Of a stretch of 64,000 nucleotides of DNA, positions 9,504 through 18,950 are shown piece by piece. The position numbers were made by a program, and so were the translations under genes. The DNA comes from Acidobacteriota bacterium. GTDB taxonomy: Bacteria > Acidobacteriota > Thermoanaerobaculia > Multivoradales > J023. Within the stretch, counting starts at the first letter, position 1; every line of letters starts with the position of its first letter. The notes beneath the pieces were generated by a model that searched no databases, was not told the DNA's origin, and saw nothing but the letters and a program-made list of their open reading frames with translations. Location: positions 11,117 to 75,116 of the forward strand of contig JBCCVZ010000001.1 in assembly GCA_039194425.1 (NCBI GenBank), given 5' to 3'.

Positions 9504-10977
9504 CTCCTGACCCTTTCTCGGAATCCCGGTCTAAATCTCTGAAAAGCCTACTAGTTACGGCGGTTCGAAGTCCGGATTCTGGAGAGTATTTTGCGCCTTC
9601 TGGGAACAGCAGGGCCTGAAGCTCACGGCGCTGAGCATCGGTTCCTTGCTCCCAGAGCCGGTCGGCGCTCGTGATCACCTCGGCGGCGAAAGCCACGGCG
9701 CCTTGAATATCGAGCTCATCAAGCTCGAGCTCAGACGCCTGGATCTTCGCCAGCATGAGCTGATCCTTGTACTTCTCGTGCAGACGCTCAAAGGTGGCTT
9801 CGTCGATGCGCTTCTCGACGATATGCGCCTCGACCAAATTGTCGATCTTCTGTTCGAGATCCGTAACGCGACGTCGGATCGCCTTGCGGGACCGGCCCAC
9901 CTTCGAGGCACTTTCCTCCCACGCCGTGATGACGCTGGCCTTCCAAATCGCGAGCAAAGCGTCGTCTGGGCGAAGGCGACGCAGACGACGTAGCCAAGCG
10001 TCGTGCAGCTTGTCAGCCCGAATCCGCCACGCATTGTTGTGCGGGTGGTAGTAGGCATAGGCTCGGCTTCGCCCCTTCGAAAGACTGCCTGTGAGCGGCT
10101 GACCTTCATCGTCGCTCACAAAGCCCTTCAGAGGGAACTCGGGGTGCTCAATCACGTGCGGCTTGGCCGCTCCGACTCCTTGCCGATTCTTGACCAGTTG
10201 GTCCTGCACTCGGCCGAAGAGACGATTCGACACCAAGGGCTCCCAATCGCCATCGGTGTTGAGCCCCATGCGGTCCATGACGCCGCAGTAGACTGGGTGC
10301 GTGAGTATCTTGCGCAGTGTACTGACGTGAAGCTTGCCGCCACGCTGACCACGAAACCCGCGCCCGTCCATGTGTCGTACAAGGCTCTTCAGGGTCCATC
10401 CGCCCGTGGCATACCTCTCGAAGGCATCGACGACGAGAGGCGCCGTCTTGGGGTCTGGCTCGATAGACTTTTGCCTATCCGGACGCTCGAAGTTCCTATA
10501 GCCGACAGGTGCCGGCCAGATCCAGCGCCCCTTCTTGGCGGCTTTGAGCATGTTCTTACGGATCGTCCGCGAACGATCGTCGTTGTTGAACTGCGCGTAG
10601 GCGGCGAGAATACCTCCGAAGAGCTGCCCCTCGGGCGAGTCGTCGACCTGGGGCGAGTCGAGCATGCGAATCGTGATGCCGTACGTGAGCAGCCGGTGGC
10701 GGATCACGTGATGCCCGTACTGGTCGCGGGCGAACCGCATCGCGTCGCGGACGATCAGCATGCTGACGCGCCCCTTGTTCCTGCGACACCAGTCCAGCAT
10801 CTCCTCGAAGACTGGTCGTGCCGTCGTCTTGGCGGACACTCCCGGCTCGATGAAAACGCGAACGAGCTCGATGCCCTGACGCGCGCAGTACGTCCGCGCG
10901 TCTTCCTCTTGCTGCTCCAGCGAGTAGCCTCTTGCTTGCTCTTCGCTGCTGACTCTGGCGTAGACGATCGCCCGCAT
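9439..10977 (-). CDS. Large serine recombinase (resolvase/invertase N-domain + recombinase domain + zinc-ribbon/coiled-coil)
   Basis: MRAIVYARVSSEEQ...YSLEQQ catalytic N-domain with the Ser nucleophile, followed by a large-serine-recombinase C-terminal region. Start taken at the internal ATG (MRAIV). The 3' end overlaps the tRNA-Ala 3' half on the opposite strand. Confidence 0.85.
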   Translation of the reverse strand: MRAIVYARVSSEEQARGYSLEQQEEDARTYCARQGIELVRVFIEPGVSAKTTARPVFEEMLDWCRRNKGRVSMLIVRDAMRFARDQYGHHVIRHRLLTYGITIRMLDSPQVDDSPEGQLFGGILAAYAQFNNDDRSRTIRKNMLKAAKKGRWIWPAPVGYRNFERPDRQKSIEPDPKTAPLVVDAFERYATGGWTLKSLVRHMDGRGFRGQRGGKLHVSTLRKILTHPVYCGVMDRMGLNTDGDWEPLVSNRLFGRVQDQLVKNRQGVGAAKPHVIEHPEFPLKGFVSDDEGQPLTGSLSKGRSRAYAYYHPHNNAWRIRADKLHDAWLRRLRRLRPDDALLAIWKASVITAWEESASKVGRSRKAIRRRVTDLEQKIDNLVEAHIVEKRIDEATFERLHEKYKDQLMLAKIQASELELDELDIQGAVAFAAEVITSADRLWEQGTDAQRRELQALLFPEGAKYSPESGLRTAVTSRLFRDLDRDSEKGSGVVERKGFEPSTPTMRTWCSPN

Positions 10978-10990
10978 AACGGGGCCTAGT

Positions 10991-11176
10991 CTACCTCGCG
11001 GTCGAGTGTGACCGAATGTATCGGCCGACGACCTCGCGGGCCGTGCGCATCGTCCACTCTTCGACCAACTCGACAAAGTCGTCGTCGGCGGTCTTCAGCC
11101 ACGCCTCGACAGCAGCAATCTCGCGCTCCGAGAGGCACGCGACGCGGCGTCTGATCTCTGCAGCGGCGGCGTTCAT
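10991..11176 (-). CDS. Small hypothetical protein (61 aa); possible recombination directionality factor or regulatory protein
   Basis: ATGA overlap with the dnaB stop. Sits directly upstream of the recombinase gene. No recognisable domain. Confidence 0.35.
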   Translation of the reverse strand: MNAAAAEIRRRVACLSEREIAAVEAWLKTADDDFVELVEEWTMRTAREVVGRYIRSHSTAR

Positions 11177-12483
11177 CGGAAGGTGTCGACCTCTTCGAAG
11201 CGGGTCTGCGCGCCGACGTAGCGGACAGGGATGTCGGCGAGGGCGCCATTGCGGTGCTTCAGGATCAGGAGATCGCCGCGCTCGCGTTGGCTGTGGTCGG
11301 CAGCGTGGGGGTCGCGGTGGATCGCGACCACGACGTCGGCGTCCTGCTCGATGGCACCGGAGTCGCGGTGGTCGGCGAGGGTCGGCCGGCGGTTCTGGGC
11401 GTCGCGGGAGAGCTGGCAGAGGGCCAGGACGGGCGCTTCGAGTGAGCGTGCCGCCTGCTTGATCGCGTTCGAGTTGGCGGTGACGACTTCGTAGCGCGTG
11501 ACCTTGCCGATCCCGGCCGGCGCGGGCAGGAGTTGCAGGTAGTCGACGACGACGAGGCCGGGGCGGCCTTGGCGCGCGAAGAATCGCCGGGCGCCCGAGA
11601 CGATCTCGGCCAGACGTGCGTGGTGGTCGGCGATCTCCATCGGGAAAGGGAGCGTCGCGCGTGTGGCGTCGACGAAGCGCTCGACGTCGTCGCCCGCCCA
11701 GCGCGCCGTGCGAATCGAGCGCAGCGGGACGCGCCCGTGGCAGGAGAGGAGGCGTGCCGCGATCTCGGGCGACGACATCTCGAGCGAGCCATAGAAGACG
11801 GGGTGACCGCGCTCGGCGGCGTGCGCTGCGATCTGCACGCCGAGCGCGGTCTTGCCGACGGACGGGCGGGCGCTCAGCACGACCATCTGCCCCGCCTGCA
11901 GGCCGAGGAGGATCCGATCGAGCGACGGGAGGCCGGTCGGGATTCCGAGCAGGTCGCCGGGCCGCGCCTCTTCCCTGCGCTCGATCGACTCGATCACATG
12001 ATCGACGGCGTCGGCGAGCGAGACCGCGCGATGCGGCGCCGCGGCGGTCGAGATCTTGAGAAGCTCGGCGTGCGCCTGGTCGGCTGCGTCAGCAGCGTCC
12101 TCGGCCTCGTGCGCCGCCTGCAGGGTCTCTTCAGCATGAGAGACCAGCTTCCGGCGCGTCCAGCGATCGACGACGATTTCGATCAGCGCGTCGAGCCGGC
12201 CGACGTCGGGCAGCATTTGATCGAGCCCGGCCATGTAGGCGAGTCCGCCAGACCGCTCGAAGGTGCCGCGGCGCTCGAGGACGTCCTGCACTGTGCGGTA
12301 GTTGATGTCGGTGCCGGTGGAGTGCGCGGACAAGATCGCGTCCCAGAGGAGACGGTTGCGCTCGAGGTGGAATGCATCGACGTCGAGCCGCGCGATCATC
12401 TCGTCGACGCGGTGGGGGGTGAGGAAGGCGATCGCGAGCAGAGCTTGCTCGGCCTCTTCGGAGTAGAGATGGCCGGGCTTCAC
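11173..12483 (-). CDS. dnaB: Replicative DNA helicase DnaB
   Basis: DnaB N-terminal domain (EAEQALLAIAFL...), Walker A (LSARPSVGKTALGVQIA), and the H2/H3/H4 motifs (VVVDYLQLL, ALCQLSRD). GTG start with a GAGGTG RBS. GTGA overlap with the upstream gene. Confidence 0.9.
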   Translation of the reverse strand: MKPGHLYSEEAEQALLAIAFLTPHRVDEMIARLDVDAFHLERNRLLWDAILSAHSTGTDINYRTVQDVLERRGTFERSGGLAYMAGLDQMLPDVGRLDALIEIVVDRWTRRKLVSHAEETLQAAHEAEDAADAADQAHAELLKISTAAAPHRAVSLADAVDHVIESIERREEARPGDLLGIPTGLPSLDRILLGLQAGQMVVLSARPSVGKTALGVQIAAHAAERGHPVFYGSLEMSSPEIAARLLSCHGRVPLRSIRTARWAGDDVERFVDATRATLPFPMEIADHHARLAEIVSGARRFFARQGRPGLVVVDYLQLLPAPAGIGKVTRYEVVTANSNAIKQAARSLEAPVLALCQLSRDAQNRRPTLADHRDSGAIEQDADVVVAIHRDPHAADHSQRERGDLLILKHRNGALADIPVRYVGAQTRFEEVDTFR

Positions 12484-13211
12484 GCCGCCACCTCGTAGAC
12501 GACACCCGCGTCCGTCTCGGTCTTCACCACTTCGCCGGCGGCGCGGCGGCGCTCGAGGGCGGTGCGGAGGGAGCGGGTGCGGACGGTGATGCCTTCGGCC
12601 TTGAAGACGGAGACGAGAGAGGCGAGGGAGAGGGGCTCGCCGGCGGCGTGGAGGTGGCGGAGGGCGGTGTCGGCGATCGACTCCGTCGGGGTCTTGGCCG
12701 GCGCGGGGGGTGGGCTGGCCTGGGCGTCGCGTAGTGCGGCCTCGGCGGCGTTGCGCTCGAGGGCGGCCTGCTCGAGCTCCGCCTCGAGCGCGTCGACCTT
12801 GCGGGCGGCGCCGGCTTCGATCGCGCCGACGGCGAGGGCGCCGGCGGCGGCGAGCTCGGGGATGAGCGCCGCGGCGATGACGTAGAGCCACAGACCGCCG
12901 GGGCCGAGGGTCGCCGCGAGGTCCTGCTCGAGGTGGTGCGCCATGAGGTGGCAGGCGCCGAGGTAGACGAGGCACCCGACGAGCACCGTCCAGAGCGCGG
13001 CGAGGCCGATGCGGTGCTCTCGGTGGACGACGGCCGCGCGGCCGATGTAGGCACCGCCGACGGTTCCCGCGAGGGCGATGCCGGCCGCGGCGATGAGGAT
13101 CAGCGCCTCGGCGACCGCCGGCGACGCCTGGTGGCGGTAAAGATCGAGGATCGCCAGGCAGACGACTGGCCACGAGACCGCGAGGGCGGACCACAGGACG
13201 AAGCGGCTCAT
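12480..13211 (-). CDS. Integral membrane protein with C-terminal coiled-coil/winged-helix (phage replication-associated, DUF2637-like)
   Basis: Four predicted TM helices, then an Ala/Glu-rich coiled coil and a wHTH-like tail. ATGA overlap with the loader gene. Confidence 0.5.
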   Translation of the reverse strand: MSRFVLWSALAVSWPVVCLAILDLYRHQASPAVAEALILIAAAGIALAGTVGGAYIGRAAVVHREHRIGLAALWTVLVGCLVYLGACHLMAHHLEQDLAATLGPGGLWLYVIAAALIPELAAAGALAVGAIEAGAARKVDALEAELEQAALERNAAEAALRDAQASPPPAPAKTPTESIADTALRHLHAAGEPLSLASLVSVFKAEGITVRTRSLRTALERRRAAGEVVKTETDAGVVYEVAA

Positions 13212-13885
13212 GACGCGGCCTCCATGCGCAGACTCGGGCGGTCGAAATGGAGCACCAGGCCGCCGACGGCGAGGCGGTCGAGCACGCTCGGATAGATGGC
13301 GTACATCTTCTCGGGCGGGACGGTGCTCGTGACGAGCAGCGGCCGTCCCTGGCCGAAGCGGGGCTGGATGACGCGCTGGCCGAGCTCGCCGACCTGCCAG
13401 GTGGCGAGCTGGGTATTCAGGTCGTCGAGCAGGACGACGCCCGCCTCGCGCAGCTCGCGCGCCGCAGCGGCCGAGGTACGGATCTCTTCGGCCGCGACGC
13501 CGGCTGCGGCGTAGCGGATGCTCTCGCCGCGCTGGTACGCGAGCCACAGCAGTTCGACGAGCGCGCACGTCTTGCCAGCGCCGGGCGGTCCCCAGGCGAA
13601 GACGAACGCGGGGTGGCCGCGCCACGCGGGCGGGTCGATCGCGGCGCGCTCGCCGCCGCGCATGTGGCGCGGCCAGCGCCCGCCGGGGAGCTTGCGCGTC
13701 TCGAAGTGCGTGGCGGCATCGGCGCGGCCGACGCCGGCGCGCACCAGGGCCTCGGCGCGGTCGGCGATGCGCGGCGCGCAGCAGCCATCGCAGCGGAGCT
13801 CGCGCGGCTGGCTGGGCGCCCGCTGCGCGGTGCCGCAGCCCGGGCACGTCCACGACGCCCACTGCTGGAGGTCGAGCGTCCTCAT
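13208..13885 (-). CDS. DnaC/IstB-like AAA+ helicase loader with N-terminal zinc finger
   Basis: CPGCG...CDGC zinc finger. Walker A AWGPPGAGKT. Walker B VVLLDDL. Confidence 0.75.
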   Translation of the reverse strand: MRTLDLQQWASWTCPGCGTAQRAPSQPRELRCDGCCAPRIADRAEALVRAGVGRADAATHFETRKLPGGRWPRHMRGGERAAIDPPAWRGHPAFVFAWGPPGAGKTCALVELLWLAYQRGESIRYAAAGVAAEEIRTSAAAARELREAGVVLLDDLNTQLATWQVGELGQRVIQPRFGQGRPLLVTSTVPPEKMYAIYPSVLDRLAVGGLVLHFDRPSLRMEAAS

Positions 13886-14883
13886 GACGCTCTCGCGAGC
13901 CGTGCAACCGTCGTCGCGTCGACCAGCTCGCCGCCCTTTGCCGGCGGCGATTTGCCGCTCGTGCCGTCGCGGAGCTTGGCGTTCAGGATCTTGAGCAGGT
14001 ACTTGAGCGGGTCCGTCGCCTTGGCCAGGGCCTGGTGCTCGATGCTTTCGAGGTCTCTCCGGAGCGCCTCGGTGCCCGCGTCGTCGCCTTCGTGATGCTT
14101 GCGATACTCCCCCGAGATGCGCGAGAGCGCGCCGTAGTCGAGCCGACCCCCGGCGGCTCGCAGGCGGTCGGCTATTTGCTGGAGACGTACCGTGTGCGGC
14201 GGCGCGGCGGTTGCCGCCGCCTCTGGCTCTGGGGGTTGGGTAGGGACGGTATGGGATGGGACGGAGGCGGACTCAGTCGCCGCCGGGCGCCGTTTGGCGC
14301 CAGGCGGCTCCGACCGGTCTTCCTCCGTTTCTGCGGCGTCGATCTCGGCCTCCGGAAGTCTCCGCGCGGCGACGGCTTCGAGGATCGCCTGAGGCTTCTT
14401 CGCCTCGTCGCCGAGCGCCATGACCAGCTCGAGAATCTCGCGCGCGGCGGCGCCGGATGGGGCGCTGGGCTCCTCGATCGCCAGCACTCCGGCATGGTGC
14501 GCACGGCGCGCGGCGACCTCGGCGGCCGTGTCGCCCTTGAGCCCAGCATCGGCGACCACGTCGCGGAGCATGCGCTTGAACGCGTACTCCGGGGCGTGGT
14601 CGGCGAGATCGTGGATCCAGAGCACGCCGTCGCTGTCGGTCTGCAAGAAGCCTGGGCCGTCGTCGCCGCAGGTGGCGAGCGCATCGACGAGCACGTCGAT
14701 CCCGCCCAGCCAGTCGCAGACGTCCGCGAGGTCTTCGCCGTCGCCGATGCGCGCGCCGTGCTCGTAGCCGTGATGCCACATGAGCTCGAGCATGCCGACG
14801 AGCTGGGCCTTGCCCACATTGTGCTCGCGCAGGCGGCGCAGCGCGCGCCGGAACTTGGGGTGTCGCCAGGCCTGCGGTTTCAT
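13882..14883 (-). CDS. Hypothetical protein (replication-module)
   Basis: Coupled (ATGA) to neighbouring genes. Acidic/Pro-rich linker. No recognised domain. Confidence 0.5.
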   Translation of the reverse strand: MKPQAWRHPKFRRALRRLREHNVGKAQLVGMLELMWHHGYEHGARIGDGEDLADVCDWLGGIDVLVDALATCGDDGPGFLQTDSDGVLWIHDLADHAPEYAFKRMLRDVVADAGLKGDTAAEVAARRAHHAGVLAIEEPSAPSGAAAREILELVMALGDEAKKPQAILEAVAARRLPEAEIDAAETEEDRSEPPGAKRRPAATESASVPSHTVPTQPPEPEAAATAAPPHTVRLQQIADRLRAAGGRLDYGALSRISGEYRKHHEGDDAGTEALRRDLESIEHQALAKATDPLKYLLKILNAKLRDGTSGKSPPAKGGELVDATTVARLARAS

Positions 14884-15233
14884 CTCCCCTCCTCGTCCGC
14901 CTGGCGGCGCTCTCGGTGGATCTCGTGCACGCGGACGATGCTCAGCTGCCCGCCGCGATCACTCACGAAGAAACGCCCGCACCGCGGGCGGAGCGCCCGG
15001 CGGACCAGGCGGTACTCCTCCATGCGCCGCGCGGTGGTCGGGTCGAGCACTCTCCGTGTCTCGCCAACTTCTCGTGTGCCGGCACGATCCGACACGGGCA
15101 CCGTGACGGCACGCGCCGTCCAGCAGATCTGTTCGGGGTGTAGGCTGACGACGTCGGCGACGCTCATGCCGAGGTCGTGGAGGTCGAGGAGGATGCGGTC
15201 GCGGAGCTCGATCGCTCGTCGTCTCTGCGTCAC
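14880..15233 (-). CDS. Small protein resembling the N-terminal half of a tyrosine-recombinase catalytic domain (truncated integrase-like)
   Basis: LRDRILLDL...TREVGETRRVLDP...RFFVSDRGGQLS parallels the integrase box I region. It stops before the H-x-x-R and Tyr motifs. GTGA overlap with the upstream gene. Confidence 0.4.
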   Translation of the reverse strand: MTQRRRAIELRDRILLDLHDLGMSVADVVSLHPEQICWTARAVTVPVSDRAGTREVGETRRVLDPTTARRMEEYRLVRRALRPRCGRFFVSDRGGQLSIVRVHEIHRERRQADEEGR

Positions 15234-15865
15234 GCGGCGTGCTCCTCGGGTCGCAGGATGCGGGCGCCGCGCTGCTCGAGCACTCCGGCCGCGGCGTTGA
15301 CGGGGTCCCACCCGAGCAACAGCTCCCATCCAGGCCCTGCCACGAGGCAGAGCGGTCGATCCCGATACAGCAGCTGGCGGGTCGGCATCGCCTGCAGGCG
15401 GGCGACGTACTCGGCGCGCGACTCACCGCGGCACGGGGCGAGCCGGTCGTCGCCCATGAGGTCGTGGATCGCGCCTCCGGACACCGCAGTGCCGGCGTAG
15501 ACCTCGAGGTCGCGCAGGTCGCGCGCTCTCGGCGTCGAGACGAGGGTGTAGACGAAGGTCGAGCTCGAGCCGTCGCCCGGGTCGAAGCGGAACGACTCGA
15601 TCTCACAGCCGAAGTCGCGCCGCAGGTCGCGCATGCGGCGCGCGCCCGAGGAGCCTCCAGCCCAGGGCTCGCGGAGCACCCAGATCGGCACCGCGCCTGG
15701 CGGGCCGAGGTGTTGGCCGATCGGCCAACGGTAGCCCTCGCGCGCCGAGCGCTGCAGGAGGTGAAAGACGCGCGCCCGCGCGCCTGTTGCACGTCGCTCG
15801 CCGATCTGCGCTGTGTTGGGCAGAGGCGCGCCCCAGGGGTTGCGTTGCTGGTGATGCTCGGGCAT
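15230..15865 (-). CDS. Hypothetical protein
   Basis: ORF in operon context. No recognised domain. Confidence 0.45.
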   Translation of the reverse strand: MPEHHQQRNPWGAPLPNTAQIGERRATGARARVFHLLQRSAREGYRWPIGQHLGPPGAVPIWVLREPWAGGSSGARRMRDLRRDFGCEIESFRFDPGDGSSSTFVYTLVSTPRARDLRDLEVYAGTAVSGGAIHDLMGDDRLAPCRGESRAEYVARLQAMPTRQLLYRDRPLCLVAGPGWELLLGWDPVNAAAGVLEQRGARILRPEEHAA

Positions 15866-15877
15866 CGAGGTCTCCAG

Positions 15878-16234
15878 TCAGTTTGAGACGCCGGTGTCGA
15901 GAGCCGACGCAGTCGACGCCGCGACAGGCGCGTTCCGCTTTTCTGCCGTGGTCAGGTACGCCTTATTGGCCCAGCATCGCGTGGCGCGTTCACGGCGGAG
16001 GCGGTGTGCCACGGACACTGCTTCTTCGGAAAGAAGAACCCAATGGCTCCCGTCCCGACTGAGGTAGTCGGAGGCGATTCGCCCGGACTCGATGAATCCG
16101 GTTTCCGTCCAGCGCTTCAGAATCTGCCAATCGTCGGCATTCATCCGCTGGGTCGCGACTCTTCCCGAGTAGTCGACGGCCCGAGTCTCCAGGAACAGGA
16201 GCAGGCTCTTTTCATCTCGGTTGAGGGTGGTCAT
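15878..16234 (-). CDS. Small winged-helix-like DNA-binding protein (118 aa)
   Basis: Internal ATG (MTTLNRDEKSLLLFLETRAVDYSGRV...) with ATGA overlap to the upstream gene. The long parent ORF N-terminus is high-GC junk. Confidence 0.5.
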   Translation of the reverse strand: MTTLNRDEKSLLLFLETRAVDYSGRVATQRMNADDWQILKRWTETGFIESGRIASDYLSRDGSHWVLLSEEAVSVAHRLRRERATRCWANKAYLTTAEKRNAPVAASTASALDTGVSN

Positions 16235-16977
16235 CCCGCGTCTCCGGCCAGGCTGACCCAGCGAGCCGCGGAGGTGCCGGCGTAGGTGCTGGGGTCGAGG
16301 GGGTACGCGTCGATCACCAGGTAGCCGGCGAGGACGCGGGTGCCGCGGGTGGCGTCGACCAGGTCGAGGACGAGCGGGATGCCGGCGGAGGTGTTCGCCC
16401 AGACGTCGGTCGACGCACCCAGGGTGCCGCCGCTGGGCTGGCTGAAGCCGCGGGTGCCGACCGCGTCGAAGTAGGCCTCCGCGGGGTCGACGAGGGCGTC
16501 GGGGCGGTACGGGTCGAAAGTGCGCAGGAAGCGCACCCGCCACAGGGTGCTGTGGCTGAGCGGTGTGCCGGCGCTGTCGACGAGCTGGATCGTGACGCCG
16601 CCGGCGACGTAGCCGTCGATCGTGCGGGGGCCGAAGGTGACGTCGATCGACGCGGACGGGGCTGCGAGACTCGCGCCGCCGGTGGCGATCGCCTCGACGG
16701 CAGCGTCGATAAGTTCCTCGGTGCCGAGGTCGCGGCCGGTGTGCTGCTCGACCAGGCCGGCGAGGGTCGCGAGCGCGATGCGGGTCTGGATCGGGTCGAG
16801 GCGCGGGGCGGTGAGCTCGGCGGTGGTCGCGCTCGAGCTCGGGACTCCGGCCCACGTGGCCTGGGCCGTCTGAGCGGGCCACAGGGCCCACGATGCGACG
16901 CCGACGGCGGCGAGCGCGACGAGGGCGAGGGCGCCGCGGAGCATGCGGCGGAGGGTGACGCGTTGGATCGTCGTCAT
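16231..16977 (-). CDS. Membrane-anchored hypothetical protein
   Basis: N-terminal TM anchor (ALALVALAAVGVASWALW). Extracytoplasmic Ala/Gly/Thr-rich domain. Confidence 0.5.
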   Translation of the reverse strand: MTTIQRVTLRRMLRGALALVALAAVGVASWALWPAQTAQATWAGVPSSSATTAELTAPRLDPIQTRIALATLAGLVEQHTGRDLGTEELIDAAVEAIATGGASLAAPSASIDVTFGPRTIDGYVAGGVTIQLVDSAGTPLSHSTLWRVRFLRTFDPYRPDALVDPAEAYFDAVGTRGFSQPSGGTLGASTDVWANTSAGIPLVLDLVDATRGTRVLAGYLVIDAYPLDPSTYAGTSAARWVSLAGDAG

Positions 16978-17351
16978 GACGCACTCCCGTCCTCGCAGGT
17001 CTCCGAGAGCGAGATCGTGACGCGTGCCACGCCGCCTGCTTTGTCGAAGACTGAGCCGCGGACCTCGCCGGAGAAGGCGGTGCCGGCGGGGATGGTAATG
17101 CGCACCTGCGGCTCGCTCGGTGTGCCGCGGAGGGCCGGGCTCTCCCAGATGTACTCATAGGGCGGCGTTCCTCCCGACGCCAGGAGCTGTAGGTCGATCG
17201 CGCAGTCGCCGGTGGTGAGCACCGTGTCGGTCTGCTGGATCGTGGCCGTGAGGATCGACGGGAGGGGATTGTTGCTGCTGTCGCTGTCGCAGCCGACGAG
17301 GGGGATCGCCACCAGGGCGGCGAGGCAGAGGGTGAGGATCGTGCGGTGCAT
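16974..17351 (-). CDS. Lipoprotein
   Basis: Signal peptide plus lipobox (PLVGC). Confidence 0.55.
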   Translation of the reverse strand: MHRTILTLCLAALVAIPLVGCDSDSSNNPLPSILTATIQQTDTVLTTGDCAIDLQLLASGGTPPYEYIWESPALRGTPSEPQVRITIPAGTAFSGEVRGSVFDKAGGVARVTISLSETCEDGSAS

Positions 17352-17372
17352 GGTGTGGGTCTCCGTGGGGTG

Positions 17373-17765
17373 TCAGCGGCCGATCGGTCGGTGCGCCTTT
17401 GAGATCTCGAGGTAGAGGCCGTCATGGGACTCGCCGCCGACCTTCACGCGGCCGTTGCGCCAGTGGGCGCGCTGGATCACGAGCGCGTCGCGCTCGCGAA
17501 GGCCGCTGCAGACGTCGGCGTCGTCGCCGATGCAGATGGCGGGAGTGAGCACGCCGCCGCAGTCGACGAGCAGGGCGTGGCCGTGGAGGCGCGAGGACGG
17601 GCCGAGCGGCTCGGCGTCGGCGGCGACGACGGCGCGTTCGCCTTCGAGGACGACGCCGTCGGACCACTCGTCCGCGAGGGCCGAGACGATCGAGGTGACG
17701 GTGCCGCAGCCGGTCGCGGTGAGCGCGGAGAGGACGAGGCCGAGGGTGAGGAGTCGGCGTGTCAT
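17373..17765 (-). CDS. Lipoprotein
   Basis: Internal ATG (MTRRLLTLGLVLSALTATGC) with lipobox. Upstream part of the ORF is shadow sequence. Confidence 0.5.
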   Translation of the reverse strand: MTRRLLTLGLVLSALTATGCGTVTSIVSALADEWSDGVVLEGERAVVAADAEPLGPSSRLHGHALLVDCGGVLTPAICIGDDADVCSGLRERDALVIQRAHWRNGRVKVGGESHDGLYLEISKAHRPIGR

Positions 17766-17776
17766 GTCCGCAGTCC

Positions 17777-18589
17777 TCACGCCACGAACGTCGGCAGTTC
17801 GATCTCGCGCTCTTCGAGCGCTGCGACCAGGTACGCCTTGACCGCGTTCACTGCGGCGATACGCCACAGACCACCGTCGGTCTCGATCAGGCGCGCGCCG
17901 GGCTCCGTGTCGCTCGACGTCCGGACGCGGAGGATGAACGCGGAGGTCGGCTGCTCGACCTCCGGGAACGTGCGGCGCGCGGTGAGCGTGAGCTCGCTCG
18001 GCAGCGCCATCCATGCATCGGAGCTCTCTTTCCCCGCGCTGACGGCGACGCTCTGGCCCGTCCCGTCGTCGCGGATCGTCGTCACCTCTTTGTGGCTGAC
18101 GGTCTTCAACGCCGCGAGGAGGGCCGCGCGGTCCGTGCTGTCTTCAACAAGGCCGAGAACGGCGATCCGAAAGGCTTCCAGCCCGATCCACGCGCCGAAC
18201 TCGAGCGGGGCATAGGGCAGCTTGGCAGAGGCGACCGTGTCGCGGTCGAGCCATTCGGGGTGCGTCTTCGACTGAACCTCAACCCGATCCGGAGCGATGC
18301 GGACGAGCAAGTCTTGCGCGCCGATCTCATCGGCGATCAGCTCGACGAGCCCTTCGAGAGTCGAGAGGTGGACGGTCGAGGCGCGCACTCGCGATTCCTT
18401 CGCTGCGGCATGGGCCGCGTTGAACGGTCGGCCACAGGTGTCGACCATGAACTCGACGCCATCGACGGTGACGCGCCGCAGGTGTTCGGCCTCCGTTCGC
18501 ATGCCGTCGCGCGTCAGGCGTTCGATCTGGGCGGTCACCTCGGCGAGGCCGCCGGTGCTGCTGGCGAGGGTGGTGGTTTCTTCAAGCAT
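17777..18589 (-). CDS. Hypothetical protein (270 aa)
   Basis: Clean ORF with operon coupling. No recognised domain. Confidence 0.5.
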   Translation of the reverse strand: MLEETTTLASSTGGLAEVTAQIERLTRDGMRTEAEHLRRVTVDGVEFMVDTCGRPFNAAHAAAKESRVRASTVHLSTLEGLVELIADEIGAQDLLVRIAPDRVEVQSKTHPEWLDRDTVASAKLPYAPLEFGAWIGLEAFRIAVLGLVEDSTDRAALLAALKTVSHKEVTTIRDDGTGQSVAVSAGKESSDAWMALPSELTLTARRTFPEVEQPTSAFILRVRTSSDTEPGARLIETDGGLWRIAAVNAVKAYLVAALEEREIELPTFVA

Positions 18590-18950
18590 CCTCGTTCCTT
18601 CCGCCCGAGAGGGCGATGACGTTGTCGAACACTTGCTGGCGCGGATCGGCGGTCCCCGTCGCCAGCACGAGCTGGTTGCGGTCGTCGCGGTGCAAGATGC
18701 CGGTGCTGCCCTTCTCCGCAGGGTCGGCGACCCGCGGGACGACGTTCCAGGCGATGGCGCAAATGGAGCGCTCTTCGCCAGTACAGCTGACCTTCACCTT
18801 GAGGGTGAGCGAGCGCTGGGCGTTGTGTTTCTTCGACGGGTCTTCCAGGTCCGGGACGATGACCTCGCGGAGCATCCGGTCGAAGATCTCGGCCGCGGCG
18901 CCGTCGCCGAGGCTGTCGAGCGTGAGTTCCTGGACGGGCATTTGGGCCAT
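18582..18950 (-). CDS. Hypothetical protein (122 aa)
   Basis: Internal ATG with a GGAGG RBS at -6. Confidence 0.45.
   Translation of the reverse strand: MAQMPVQELTLDSLGDGAAAEIFDRMLREVIVPDLEDPSKKHNAQRSLTLKVKVSCTGEERSICAIAWNVVPRVADPAEKGSTGILHRDDRNQLVLATGTADPRQQVFDNVIALSGGRNEDA

Noticed and set aside
10003-10989. 328-aa plus-strand ORF
   Set aside because: It is antisense to the serine recombinase gene, which has unambiguous homology.
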